Under the pieces are notes generated by a model. The model ran no database searches and was not told where the DNA came from. It was given only the letters and a program-made list of their open reading frames with translations. Below, one piece after another: positions 1 to 10,304 of a stretch of DNA of 64,000 nucleotides. The DNA is from Thermoplasmatota archaeon (GTDB taxonomy: Archaea > Thermoplasmatota > Penumbrarchaeia > Penumbrarchaeales > Penumbrarchaeaceae): NCBI GenBank assembly GCA_029762535.1, contig JARVGK010000005.1:1-64000 (forward strand), read 5' to 3'. The position numbers and the translations under genes were made by a program. How positions within the stretch are numbered: position 1 is the stretch's first letter; each line of letters opens with the position of its first letter.

Positions 1-2829
1 ATCCTTCTCCTCCAATGCATCTATGGATCCTGTCCCGGATATCGGTTTATACCCGTCTTTCATTATCTTCCAAGAGAACGGTCCATGAGGGATCTCCAAA
101 GAGAAAGAACCATCAGAACTAGATGTCGCAGAATATGTTCTCCCATCGGAAGCTATGACCTCGAAGGTTGCGCCCGGGACAGGTTTTCCATCCGCATCAA
201 GGACGATTCCATTCAATTTTCCGGTACCAACTACAGTGATCGTTACCTTGTCATCACCGTAGTTGTCCGCAAGATCGAACACGGAGAGTATTATTTGATA
301 CTCTCCGGCCTCATCGAACTTGAAACTGACCACTTCACCTTCAAGGGTCTTCTTCTCACCTTTGTAAGTGAAGGACCATTCATATCTTGATATTATTCCG
401 TTATCGGTAGATAACGAACCATTTAGAATAACGGTGGATCCCACCGCCACTTTCTGGTCCTGACCGGCATTCGCCTTGGGTGCGGTCTGGTCCGCGATCT
501 CAATCAGAACGCTGGTCGTTGCGGAGTTGTTCCATTCGTCATATACAGTTAAGAATACCTCGTGATCCGACATGACCTTGAACTGGTAGGACAGCGTTGG
601 CCCTTCGATCTCGACAGGCTCGTCGTCCACGAACGTCCATACATACCGAATGATCTTACCATTATCGGTTGAATCGTATCCGTTCAGTTCAAGCCTATCG
701 GTCTCCAGAAGTTTGGTCCTTCCGCTGATCTTAGGCACAGGTGGGATCGTGTCAATGACGGTCACTATCAGAGTGTCCTCGGCATGATTTCCGAACTCGT
801 CCTCAATCCTCAAGGTGATATCATAAAAGCCGGGGATCTCGAAGATGTGGCTTGTTGTGATCCCGGTTAGCGATATCTGTGTGTTATCGTATGAAAAGCT
901 CCAGTTGTAATACCGGAGGATCCCGTTGTCTGTACATAGGGATCCGTCAAATAATGCATCTTCTCCGTTCTCGATCTCTATGTCATCTCCAGCAATGGCA
1001 ACGGGTGCTGTCAGATCCCTTATTGTCACATTGAACAGGTCCTCTCCGACATGTCCGGCATTATCCGTCACTCTCAAAGTGACAGGGATCCTACCCGGTC
1101 TATCGAAGAAGAATGAGACGTAGACACCTTCGAGTACATGGGATGTGCCGTAATAATCGAACAACCACTCGTATTTGTCGATGCCACCGGTATCCCAGGA
1201 TCCGCCTCCATCAAAGATGAGGGTCGATCCCTCGTCAGAAAAGAGATCCCCTTGGGATAAAGCATTGGGAGGTAGTACATCAAGGACTGTTATATTTACA
1301 CGATCCGAATCGGAATTCCCGGCAAAATCAAATACCGTCATATTGACGGGGTAATATCCGGGTATTCTGAAAAGGAACTCGAAGCCCAAGGTTTCCTTTA
1401 ACACGGTCTCTTCGCCATAGGTGAATTTCCATATCGCTGTAATTATCAGATTATCATCTTTGCTTCTATTAGATGAGAACAGATGAAATGTCCCTTCATT
1501 TATTGTAGAATCCTCTCCTGCGTCGGCGAAGGGAGGAATAGTGTCGATAATTATTGGATATCTATCATTTAACGTCTCCGTTAAATGGTATGGTTCGTCT
1601 CCATATCCGTCTGATCCCCACTCGTCCTGATTCTCGCCGCTTTTCCGATCCACTCCTTGATAATCGCACCAGTAATTACCTCCACCCATTTGATAGATCC
1701 TATTGAATTGATTGTTGGATAATGAAACAGAACAATGTCGATTATTATTATTAAAATAATTCCGGTAGATACTGTTATATTCTCCTATTAACCAAAGGGC
1801 CAGATTATTGTTTGTGAAATGATTGTTCCTGATCGTTGTGTAATTGAACACGATGTTGGCATAATGATTGTTTACAAATGTATTATCTTCTATTTCTGTC
1901 CTATCACCCCATGGTGAGTTAATAACTCCATATTTATTATCAGAAAAGGTATTACCTTTGAATATATTGCGTTCCATTCTGGTTGTTATTGCTTTATTAT
2001 TATTTGAAAAATGGCAATTGATGACGTTCAAGTTACTACCATGTTGAGATGGATAACAACGGATGGCGGAATAGTTAATAGATGCACAGTTCGTTAAAGA
2101 AGATCTCTCAATGTTTACTGTAATTGCCCCTGCATCGATAGTTATAGCATAACTGCAATCGATCATCGTGATATTTTTAATATTTATCACATCAAAACAT
2201 GACTGGGTAACGGTCCTTACAGAGATTTTAGATCCAATAAATTGATTGTTCATAATGTTAAGATAACCTGCTTTGTCCATTTGTGAACCCATATCCAAGA
2301 TACCGTCGCGGACTTTTTCGAACAAACTGTTCTTTATTATGATATTGGATGATCTTTTCAACTCTATGGCGACTCTTGAATCCAAGAAAGAACAATTGTC
2401 AATGATAATATTATCCACATTGATCAACTGTATTAGAAAATGTCCGGTCATGATAATATTGGATAAAATTACATGATCCGATATTATCTCAAGGCTCTTA
2501 TCAGACCCCATATCGAGTGTAGGTTTATTCTCATCGTAACTGGTGAATATTATGGATCTATTGATCTTGATGAACTCCCTATATATTCCTGTTTTGATAA
2601 ATATCGTATCTCCATCTTTGGAATTATTGATCGCTTCCTGGATCGAGGTATAATCTCCGGTCCCGTTAATGTCAACCGTTATCGTATCTCCCCTTGTCCT
2701 CAACAAGGAGAATATCGGATTCTCCTCATATCGATCTTCAGAACCAACGGACCCATCTGAAGGATAAAGGTTGGTTGTCACGAATAGAACAAAGATCAGA
2801 CCTATCATAGCCCTCATGGCGATCCCCAT
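1..2829 (-). CDS. Secreted/surface protein: right-handed beta-helix (NosD-like) domain followed by several PKD domains; runs off the left edge
   Basis: Absent from the ORF track, presumably because no stop lies in the window. Hand translation (spot-checked, not every codon) gives MGIAMRAMIGLIFVLFV (signal-like), ITVDINGTGDYTSIQEAIN, Asn-rich beta-helix repeats, GNYWCDY..DGYGDEPY, then PKD-type repeats. Confidence 0.8.
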   Translation of the reverse strand, partial: MGIAMRAMIGLIFVLFVTTNLYPSDGSVGSEDRYEENPIFSLLRTRGDTITVDINGTGDYTSIQEAINNSKDGDTIFIKTGIYREFIKINRSIIFTSYDENKPTLDMGSDKSLEIISDHVILSNIIMTGHFLIQLINVDNIIIDNCSFLDSRVAIELKRSSNIIIKNSLFEKVRDGILDMGSQMDKAGYLNIMNNQFIGSKISVRTVTQSCFDVINIKNITMIDCSYAITIDAGAITVNIERSSLTNCASINYSAIRCYPSQHGSNLNVINCHFSNNNKAITTRMERNIFKGNTFSDNKYGVINSPWGDRTEIEDNTFVNNHYANIVFNYTTIRNNHFTNNNLALWLIGEYNSIYRNYFNNNNRHCSVSLSNNQFNRIYQMGGGNYWCDYQGVDRKSGENQDEWGSDGYGDEPYHLTETLNDRYPIIIDTIPPFADAGEDSTINEGTFHLFSSNRSKDDNLIITAIWKFTYGEETVLKETLGFEFLFRIPGYYPVNMTVFDFAGNSDSDRVNITVLDVLPPNALSQGDLFSDEGSTLIFDGGGSWDTGGIDKYEWLFDYYGTSHVLEGVYVSFFFDRPGRIPVTLRVTDNAGHVGEDLFNVTIRDLTAPVAIAGDDIEIENGEDALFDGSLCTDNGILRYYNWSFSYDNTQISLTGITTSHIFEIPGFYDITLRIEDEFGNHAEDTLIVTVIDTIPPVPKISGRTKLLETDRLELNGYDSTDNGKIIRYVWTFVDDEPVEIEGPTLSYQFKVMSDHEVFLTVYDEWNNSATTSVLIEIADQTAPKANAGQDQKVAVGSTVILNGSLSTDNGIISRYEWSFTYKGEKKTLEGEVVSFKFDEAGEYQIILSVFDLADNYGDDKVTITVVGTGKLNGIVLDADGKPVPGATFEVIASDGRTYSATSSSDGSFSLEIPHGPFSWKIMKDGYKPISGTGSIDALEEKD

Positions 2830-3030
2830 AACGCTAATCACATTTTTCGGATATAATATTATTTCTTTCTCATGTGCCTTCTCTCACGTGCGCCATCGAC
2901 ATGGTCCGCCAGGTTATACTTGATCATGGTCCGAAAGGGATCCTCATTTCGTTCTCAGAGTGAACCGCACGTATATAATACATGGAAGGACGATACATCA
3001 AGGGTCCAAAGGTATCATCATGGTGTGATA

Positions 3031-5514
3031 ATGACGACGAGGTTATATTCCGGTGCGATCACAGCATTGATATCATTATCCTTCCTCACATTTCCATCGA
3101 TCCTCAACAGGGGATCCGAAGCGCTGGAAGTGGAGATCGATCTCTTTTCCGGATACCACAACGATACCGTATTGATCGGTTCGGGGATCCCACGCGTTGA
3201 GCTGAGGACCGTAAAAAGCGCTCAATGGAACAGCATATGGGGGCCAGAATCACCTCCGTTCGATCAGCGATGCGACATGAAGAGGATAGACGGGACCGAC
3301 TGTCATCTCTATTATGTCAGCTATTACTATCCGCCCAACAGGATATACCGATATTATCTGTACAACGAGACGTCGAATTACTGGAGCGTTCTCGAAGATG
3401 GGATCCTCAACGATACCTTCCTCGATCTTAGCATGGCCCCGATAATGGGGACGAAAAGAATGCTTATCGCCGTTACTTTGGCACAGGGACGGGGGATGGT
3501 CTTTCGGATATACGATCACAACAGCCGATCGATAACCGATGAGGAGATACATGCCCCATGGACGTTGAGGAACAGGACTGACGCCGTGATATCCTCCGTC
3601 GGATCCGACGGGCACGTCCTCCTCTGGGGGGGCAGGTCTGGTCTTTATCCCAATGTCACTTACCTTAACGACACATATCTGTTCGATCCCGCGAACAACT
3701 CCTGGAGCGAGATCCCCGCGACCGGCTCCCCCTCTCCCAGATACTATCAGGCCGTATCGAGCATCATGAACACGGACAAGGTGCTGATGTTCGGAGGCCT
3801 CAACGGCACGATGTTCCATGAAACCCATCTGTTCGATCTGTCCGATATGGGATGGGAGAACATCTCTGTGGGAGTCCATCCCGCGGCATGTACGCATGCG
3901 GGGATGGCCCCGCTGACGGGAACGGACAGGGTCCTCCTCTACGGAGGCTACGATGGCAGGGAGGACATATCCCAATCCTTCGAGTTCCGCGCAATAACGG
4001 GAAAATGGTCCGAAGTGCAAGCAGAATATCCTCCCGGTGCCGTCTCGAGGCATTTCCTGAGCCCATCCATCAGGCCCGGGTCCCTCATACTTTTCTCAAA
4101 ACGGTTGGATAATTTCGACCTCAGAAGATATATCACGCACACTTATGTCAGCGAAGGGGTTTACACCACCGAGCCGATGTTCATAGATGCGGACCGCTTG
4201 AACCACATAGAATGGAGCTGCGACCTCCCCGAGGGGACGATCATCGATCTTAGCACGAGGTCATCAGGATATGTAGAGGATCTCGGCATGAAGAATTTCA
4301 GCTCACCCGTATCCTGCCTTGGAAACGATACGATAGGGATCGATAGAAGGATCGAGAACGGTTCCATCATTCAGCTGAGGTTCCACCTGAGAACTTATGT
4401 CGATGTCATATCGCCGTATATATCGTCCATAACGGTAGTGACGAATCATGCCCCTCATGTGATCATCTCATCCCCTGAAAACGGATCCGCCTTGAACTCA
4501 TCCGAGGTGAGGTTCGAGTGGACGTATTCTGATCGGGACGACGATCCTCAACAGAGGGTCGAGATCGAGCTATCAAGGTCATCCCACCCGTTCGTCCCTC
4601 ATATCCATCTGGATCGGACCATGACGGGAACATCGCTAGTTCACTCGTTCTCAGATCCCGAAAACGACAGGGGAGGGTGGTTCTTCAGGATGAGGGCATT
4701 CGATAGCAGGGGAGAGCAAGGCCCTTTCACAGGGGCCCACTATTTTTTCCTGGACTGGGATCCACCATCGGTCGAGATAACGCATCCCGAGGACGCTTCG
4801 TACCATATAGATATCAAGAGGATCGCCGGAAGGGCAACGGATCCGGATCCCGAATCGGGGTTGGACTCGGTATGGGTGTCCTTGAAGAATGAGGACGGTT
4901 CCTTCTTCGACGGATCATCATGGATAAAGGACAGGTTCTGGATCGAAGCCGATGGAAGGCATCGATGGGAGATCACGATCGATACCACTTTGGAAGACGG
5001 GTCATATTCCATAGAGTGCTTCTGCGAGGATGTTGCGGGTAATACTGGAAAGATAGAGACCTCATGGTTCATAATCGACAGGACCCCTCCAAAGGCCCTT
5101 TCGATCGAGTTGTTCAAAGAAACGCAAAAGGACAACGCCACGATACTGAGGTTGGAATTGTCATGCGTGGACGAGCTCTCGGGGATCGATTCGATGAGCT
5201 TCAGCCTGGACGGGTTAGGATGGGATCCCTGGATCCCTTATACGAATGTATATTTCCTCGAGATCGAAGGGAACGTCACTGTTTTCTTCAGGGCCCGGGA
5301 CAGGGCCATGAACGTGGCGGATGCGGTCAACGCCTCTTACAATCAGGAGAGAGCAGCTCTCAGCGATCCGGATCCGCCGGAAATGGATCCTCCACCTCAG
5401 CAGTGGATGTTATATTTGGGAGTGGCTTTGTTTGCAGCGATCATCGTTATTGCTCTCATTCCGTTCTATATGAGAAGAGGAGAGGTAAAAGATCATAAAA
5501 AGGGCGAGGAATGA
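3031..5514 (+). CDS. Membrane-anchored surface protein with Kelch repeats and Ig-like domains
   Basis: Signal-like N-terminus, Kelch motifs (LLWGG..DTYLFD...W, LMFGG, LLYGG), beta-sandwich segments, C-terminal TM helix and basic tail. ORF is open from 2872; likely start ATG 3031. Confidence 0.75.
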   Translation: MTTRLYSGAITALISLSFLTFPSILNRGSEALEVEIDLFSGYHNDTVLIGSGIPRVELRTVKSAQWNSIWGPESPPFDQRCDMKRIDGTDCHLYYVSYYYPPNRIYRYYLYNETSNYWSVLEDGILNDTFLDLSMAPIMGTKRMLIAVTLAQGRGMVFRIYDHNSRSITDEEIHAPWTLRNRTDAVISSVGSDGHVLLWGGRSGLYPNVTYLNDTYLFDPANNSWSEIPATGSPSPRYYQAVSSIMNTDKVLMFGGLNGTMFHETHLFDLSDMGWENISVGVHPAACTHAGMAPLTGTDRVLLYGGYDGREDISQSFEFRAITGKWSEVQAEYPPGAVSRHFLSPSIRPGSLILFSKRLDNFDLRRYITHTYVSEGVYTTEPMFIDADRLNHIEWSCDLPEGTIIDLSTRSSGYVEDLGMKNFSSPVSCLGNDTIGIDRRIENGSIIQLRFHLRTYVDVISPYISSITVVTNHAPHVIISSPENGSALNSSEVRFEWTYSDRDDDPQQRVEIELSRSSHPFVPHIHLDRTMTGTSLVHSFSDPENDRGGWFFRMRAFDSRGEQGPFTGAHYFFLDWDPPSVEITHPEDASYHIDIKRIAGRATDPDPESGLDSVWVSLKNEDGSFFDGSSWIKDRFWIEADGRHRWEITIDTTLEDGSYSIECFCEDVAGNTGKIETSWFIIDRTPPKALSIELFKETQKDNATILRLELSCVDELSGIDSMSFSLDGLGWDPWIPYTNVYFLEIEGNVTVFFRARDRAMNVADAVNASYNQERAALSDPDPPEMDPPPQQWMLYLGVALFAAIIVIALIPFYMRRGEVKDHKKGEE

Positions 5515-5554
5515 AGGTATCCCCGACCTGAAATGGCCACATACGGTATAGCTC

Positions 5555-8500
5555 TCAAGAGACCATGCGGATGGTGGATCCCTCGCGGGAGGGGATCACC
5601 TCTATACGGTTCGGGATCTGCCTCTTCATCTCCGGGACGTGGGAGATCACCCCGACCATACGATCGTTCCTCAGCTCCGAGAGCACCTTCAGGGCGAGCT
5701 GCAGCGTTTCCTCGTCGAGGGATCCGAAGCCCTCGTCGATGAAGAGGGCGTCCATCCTGATCCCGCCCGAACGGGCCTGGACCACGTCGGCCAACCCCAG
5801 GGCCAGGGCGAGGCTCGAGAGGAACATCTGTCCGCCCGAGAGGGTGTTCGCCGGGCGGTCAGTGCCCGTGTAGCTGTCGTTGACGATTATCTCGAGCCCG
5901 GTGCGGACGTTCCTGTCGGATGCGCTCTCATCGCCCCGTCTGAGGTGGAACCTCCCCTCGGACAGTTTGCTCAGACGCGTGTTGGCGGCTATGAGCACCT
6001 CCTCGAACCTCTGGGCCAAAAAGAAGCGCTCGAGGCTGATCTTGGGAGGGACGTTCCCCTTCACCTGTTCGGATAGGTCCTGCAGTATGCGAAGGTTCGG
6101 TTCCATCTCCCTCATCTCGGAGGATACCTTCTCTATCCTGAGTAGGCTGCCGTCGATCTCCTTTATATCCCTCTTCTTTCCGGAGAGCGACTCCTTCAGG
6201 TCCTCGCAGAGCCGGGCCTTCTTAAGCTCTATCCCTGATTCAATGGCGAGGTCCTCCTTTGAGGGGAGGTCCTCCCCCGAAAGCAATGTGGAAAGGTCCG
6301 ACCGTTTCTGCTCGAGCCTGCCCCTGGTCATTGCGATCCCCCTGTCGTGGTTGGCGACCTCACTTCTCATACCCTTGATGACATCCGGGGCGAATATGCC
6401 AGATCGGACATCCCCTCCGCATCCGAACGAAGAGTACCTCTCCTCCTTGAGATGCGAGGAGAGTCCTTCCTCAAGGGATGACAGTTCCTCCCCGGATCGG
6501 GATAGGTTATCCCTCTCAGCGAGGATCGCGGAGCGGATCGAGGAATCCTCCTCCTCCGCCCGCTTGAGCGCAATTTCGATCGCTTCGATGGTGGAGGGTA
6601 TGGACGTCCTCTCGGACCTGATCTCCTCCAATCGCGAGGTGAGGGATGCGTGATCTTCGACTTCAACGAGCTCCCTGACCTCTTCCCTGGCGCGGGCTAT
6701 CCTCTGCTTCAGACCCATGATAAGGGATCCCAGCTGCGCGGCCCTCTCCTCCATGGCCTTCGTCCCTGCTGTTTTGTCGCCCTGTTCCTTGAGCTGGGTA
6801 TGCATCTCGAGGTTTACCCTGTTCGCCTCGTCCTGAAGTGCGAGAAGGTCCTTTGCACGCTTCATTTCACTTTTCATATCCGTCGATAGTCTCAGGTCGA
6901 TCTCCTTCAGAGAGGATATGTCCATGCCTTCGAATTCAGGATATTCTCCCACCATCTGCGCTATCCTCTCGGACAGCCCCTCGACATTAGTAAGGATGTT
7001 CGATCCCTTGAGCTTTAGATCCTCCAGCTCCCTTCTTGCCGTCTCGACCCTCTTCCAAGCATCTTCGAGCGCTTCCTTTGACACGTGGTCGGATCCTGGC
7101 CTTGCCGGATCGGGATGTTCCCTGCTGCCGCATACGGGGCAGGGTCCGCCATGAACGAGGCGGGAGGAAAGCTCGGAGGCCAGGGATCCCTCTCTGGAAG
7201 CTTCAAGAGCGTTGAAAGCCTCGTTTAGGACCTTCACCTTTTTTGAGAGATCATCAACTGCGCATCTTATCCTTTCCGACTCTGGCGCGAGGCTGTCCCT
7301 CTTTGTAAGAACCTCGATGATATCGCGGCATATCCTTCTGCGCTCGGAGGCTGTCGATATGTCAGCGATGGGCTCTCTTATCCCCTCCATCCTGGATTTT
7401 ATATCTTCAATCATTTTCTCGGTCCCTTCTATACGCGAACCGATGCCTTTGAGTTCTTCCCTGCTCCGGACCAGGCCCCTATCCAGATCGATCATGTCCT
7501 TTTCATGACCGGCAAGCTCGCGGAGGTGATCGAGCAGGTCCTCTATCCGCCCCTCCTTGGAGATGATGAGGCTGAGCCTGGATCGGAGATCGGGGATGCT
7601 TCTGGCTCGATCCCTGGCGAGATCGAGCATGACCTGGCCTTTCACAAGAGCCCCCTCATGTTCGGAGATCCTCTTTCGCGCTCTGGCTATCCCGGTGCCC
7701 AAGGCATCGATCCTATCAATGAGGGGTTTGAGCTCCATCGCGAGATCGTGCCTGGCGATACTTTTCTGGATAGGATCTATCCGTTGCCTGCTATCGAGTT
7801 CGAGCCTCTCGAGTTCGGCCTCGGATAGGCGCAGGCCTTCATCCAGTTCGATGGCGTTCCTCATCCAGGTTGCCCTCAGCCTGTGATGTTCGTGCTCGGC
7901 GGACGCTTCGAGGACGGATCGTTCGAGATCTGGAATTTCCCCTTCAAGGATCCTTCGGTAGGAATGGACCATCTCCATATCGGATAGATCGGGGAGCAGA
8001 TGATCGGGCGGAATCCTCGAGAGAAGCTGGTCCGCAACGATCCCCGTCTCCTTCTTCAGGTCCTGATACCTTCCGTATGCCTCCTTGTAGGACCTCTCGA
8101 TCTCGAAGGTGATGTGGGAATACATATCTGACCTGAACAGGGCCCGGAGCAGAGGTTCTCGAGCCTTGGTATCGGCCTTCAGGAGCTCGCGGAAATCACC
8201 CTGTGGGATCATCATGACCCTTGAGAACTGCTTCATATCAAGTCCGAGCAGCTCCTCGCATCCATCCTTGACCTCGATCTTCTTGACGGCAAGGACCTGC
8301 TGCTCCGGTGCCAACATCCGTAGGCAGGCCGTCTCCGCCTTCTGGGTCATCCCGGAACCCCTGACCTTCCTATCCAGGTAGGGGAGGGTCCTCTCGACCT
8401 CGTAAACGCGATCACCAAGTGAGAACCTGAAGAGTATCCTTGGACGATCCCCCTCCTTTCTGAAGTCGGATGCGAGGCAATCCTCCCTGCCGGAAGGAGT

Positions 8501-8665
8501 GCTCCCGAACAGGGCATAGCATATGGAGTCGAATATGAAGGATTTCCCGGATCCCGTCTTACCGCAGACGAGGAAGAGGGCGTTGTCCCCGAAGCGTTCA
8601 AGATCGATCGAGGAGGACCCGGAAAATGGGCCTATATGTTCGAGGGCGAGATACAGGGGCCTCAC
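5555..8665 (-). CDS. sbcC: SbcC/Rad50-family SMC-like ATPase (bacterial SbcC type)
   Basis: Walker A GKTGSGKS, Q-loop IPQGDF, long coiled coil, zinc hook CPVCG, signature LSGGQ, Walker B/D-loop FIDEGFGSLD, H-loop ISH. Confidence 0.93.
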   Translation of the reverse strand: MRPLYLALEHIGPFSGSSSIDLERFGDNALFLVCGKTGSGKSFIFDSICYALFGSTPSGREDCLASDFRKEGDRPRILFRFSLGDRVYEVERTLPYLDRKVRGSGMTQKAETACLRMLAPEQQVLAVKKIEVKDGCEELLGLDMKQFSRVMMIPQGDFRELLKADTKAREPLLRALFRSDMYSHITFEIERSYKEAYGRYQDLKKETGIVADQLLSRIPPDHLLPDLSDMEMVHSYRRILEGEIPDLERSVLEASAEHEHHRLRATWMRNAIELDEGLRLSEAELERLELDSRQRIDPIQKSIARHDLAMELKPLIDRIDALGTGIARARKRISEHEGALVKGQVMLDLARDRARSIPDLRSRLSLIISKEGRIEDLLDHLRELAGHEKDMIDLDRGLVRSREELKGIGSRIEGTEKMIEDIKSRMEGIREPIADISTASERRRICRDIIEVLTKRDSLAPESERIRCAVDDLSKKVKVLNEAFNALEASREGSLASELSSRLVHGGPCPVCGSREHPDPARPGSDHVSKEALEDAWKRVETARRELEDLKLKGSNILTNVEGLSERIAQMVGEYPEFEGMDISSLKEIDLRLSTDMKSEMKRAKDLLALQDEANRVNLEMHTQLKEQGDKTAGTKAMEERAAQLGSLIMGLKQRIARAREEVRELVEVEDHASLTSRLEEIRSERTSIPSTIEAIEIALKRAEEEDSSIRSAILAERDNLSRSGEELSSLEEGLSSHLKEERYSSFGCGGDVRSGIFAPDVIKGMRSEVANHDRGIAMTRGRLEQKRSDLSTLLSGEDLPSKEDLAIESGIELKKARLCEDLKESLSGKKRDIKEIDGSLLRIEKVSSEMREMEPNLRILQDLSEQVKGNVPPKISLERFFLAQRFEEVLIAANTRLSKLSEGRFHLRRGDESASDRNVRTGLEIIVNDSYTGTDRPANTLSGGQMFLSSLALALGLADVVQARSGGIRMDALFIDEGFGSLDEETLQLALKVLSELRNDRMVGVISHVPEMKRQIPNRIEVIPSREGSTIRMVS

Positions 8666-9816
8666 TGAATATCCCCCCTTTGCCTTCTCTGTATGATCTT
8701 TCTGGCCGAGTCGAAGACCTCAAAGGCCATCTCCCTTTTCTCCCCCTCCCATCCGAACCTCTCAAGGAACAGCGAGAAGAGCTCCCTGGGGGAATCCAGG
8801 GCTCTTCTCATGATCTCGGGATCGATGGCTCCCTCACGGATCAGATTGGGCATCTGTATGTCCATCAGGTAGGGAAAGATCGCCCTGAGCCTGTTCTGTA
8901 TGTCGAAGGACAATCCAGTATCGGTCAGCCTTATGCTCAGATAATCATCGGCATATCTGCGGTATGTGGTATTCGACAGGATATTCTCGAACGAATCCTC
9001 TATGACGGACATCCTTCTCAGGGGTTCAATCACAACGCGGCCGAAGTTTATCACGCCGTTTTTGATATTCAACTCTATCATCGATTTTTCCTGTTCCGCC
9101 TCCGAGAATGAGTAAGGTAGGATCGATCCGCTGTATCGGGCATTCATCTCTCTTGAGGCGACCTGAGGGCCGTGCAAATGCCCCAGGGCGACATAGTCGA
9201 AACCGCCGAAGACCTCCGATGGAACCCTCCCCTGGTTCCCCAGAAGAAGCTCCCGCTCGGATTCGGATCTGATGACGTCGCCTCCGGTGTACTCGTGGGC
9301 CACCAGGACCGATGGGATCCCATCCACGATCCCGTCCCTCATCCTGTCGACGAGGAAGCCAACTGCCGAGGAGTGGTCATCAATCGCTTCATCGGGGAAG
9401 AATTCTCGAACGATCGCCTCCTCCACGAAAGGGAGGGTGAATATCTGGACCCTTTCATCCCCGTCCTCTATGAAGATCGGCGAGCCGCAATCATGGTATG
9501 ACGATCGGATGTGCACGCCCTTTCGGGAGAGAATGCCCGACGCGAAACCCAGCCTTTCCGGGGAATCATGGTTGCCAGGGATCATGACGATCTCCACCCC
9601 GGCATCCGAAACCCTCTCAAGGAATCCCGAGAGCATCTCTATGGCATAGGTCGGGGGGATCGCCCTGTCGAATACATCACCGGCAATGATAAGCGCTCCA
9701 CATCCTCTCTTTGCCTCCTTCTCTATCTGCGACAGGGCATGCCTCTGGTCGGCTTCGAGGTCCTGACCGTGTATGGATTTGCCCAGGTGCAGGTCGGATA
9801 CATGGAGCAGTCTCAT
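8662..9816 (-). CDS. sbcD: SbcD/Mre11-family metallophosphoesterase nuclease subunit
   Basis: SDLHLG, AGDVFD, GNHD, ALGHLH, YSGS..YSFSE motifs; overlaps the sbcC start; likely start ATG 9816. Confidence 0.93.
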   Translation of the reverse strand: MRLLHVSDLHLGKSIHGQDLEADQRHALSQIEKEAKRGCGALIIAGDVFDRAIPPTYAIEMLSGFLERVSDAGVEIVMIPGNHDSPERLGFASGILSRKGVHIRSSYHDCGSPIFIEDGDERVQIFTLPFVEEAIVREFFPDEAIDDHSSAVGFLVDRMRDGIVDGIPSVLVAHEYTGGDVIRSESERELLLGNQGRVPSEVFGGFDYVALGHLHGPQVASREMNARYSGSILPYSFSEAEQEKSMIELNIKNGVINFGRVVIEPLRRMSVIEDSFENILSNTTYRRYADDYLSIRLTDTGLSFDIQNRLRAIFPYLMDIQMPNLIREGAIDPEIMRRALDSPRELFSLFLERFGWEGEKREMAFEVFDSARKIIQRRQRGDIQ

Positions 9817-9887
9817 TCTCGATCCCCTATCCAATAAAGCAGGATAAATATTAAGAGCATGCGAGGAGATATGCGAAAGAAAACCAA

Positions 9888-10304
9888 ATGACAACGATGG
9901 ACTGGACCGGAGAGGAGCCGAGAGGTACAAGGGTGGTCATGACAGTGACCGATGGCTCCAAAGAAGGCGTCGGGGTTCTCTTTTACCGAAAGTGGAGCGA
10001 GGAGAAGGAGACGTTCCCCGAGGAGTTCATCGATTATCTCGCCCAGCTCAGCGATGACGGACATCTGGACTTCAACCGAATGTTCCGAAGTGACATCTCG
10101 GATATGGAGGAGGTCTGCAGGTTCAGGAAGGTCTCATCGTTCTCGCAGGCTCTCAACAACGCGCTCTTTGATATCGATGTCCTGCCGCCCTTCTATTACA
10201 TGGGCCTCCCGGTCCTATCCGGAGATTACGCACAGCAGATATGCGACATGATAGAGGAGACCTACGGGGTCAAAAGCCTCTTCTTCTCGTTCCCGCTGAT
10301 GTGA
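9888..10304 (+). CDS. Hypothetical protein
   Basis: 138-aa ORF filling the gap between sbcD and the next gene, preceded by an AT-rich TATA-like stretch; no motif recognised. Confidence 0.6.
   Translation: MTTMDWTGEEPRGTRVVMTVTDGSKEGVGVLFYRKWSEEKETFPEEFIDYLAQLSDDGHLDFNRMFRSDISDMEEVCRFRKVSSFSQALNNALFDIDVLPPFYYMGLPVLSGDYAQQICDMIEETYGVKSLFFSFPLM

Noticed and set aside
2411-2419. Perfect DnaA box TTATCCACA
   Set aside because: Single copy inside a coding region, compatible with chance; the DnaA-like protein lacks domain IV
85-2760. Short ORFs listed in the track at the left end
   Set aside because: They overlap the long minus-strand surface-protein gene that the track missed
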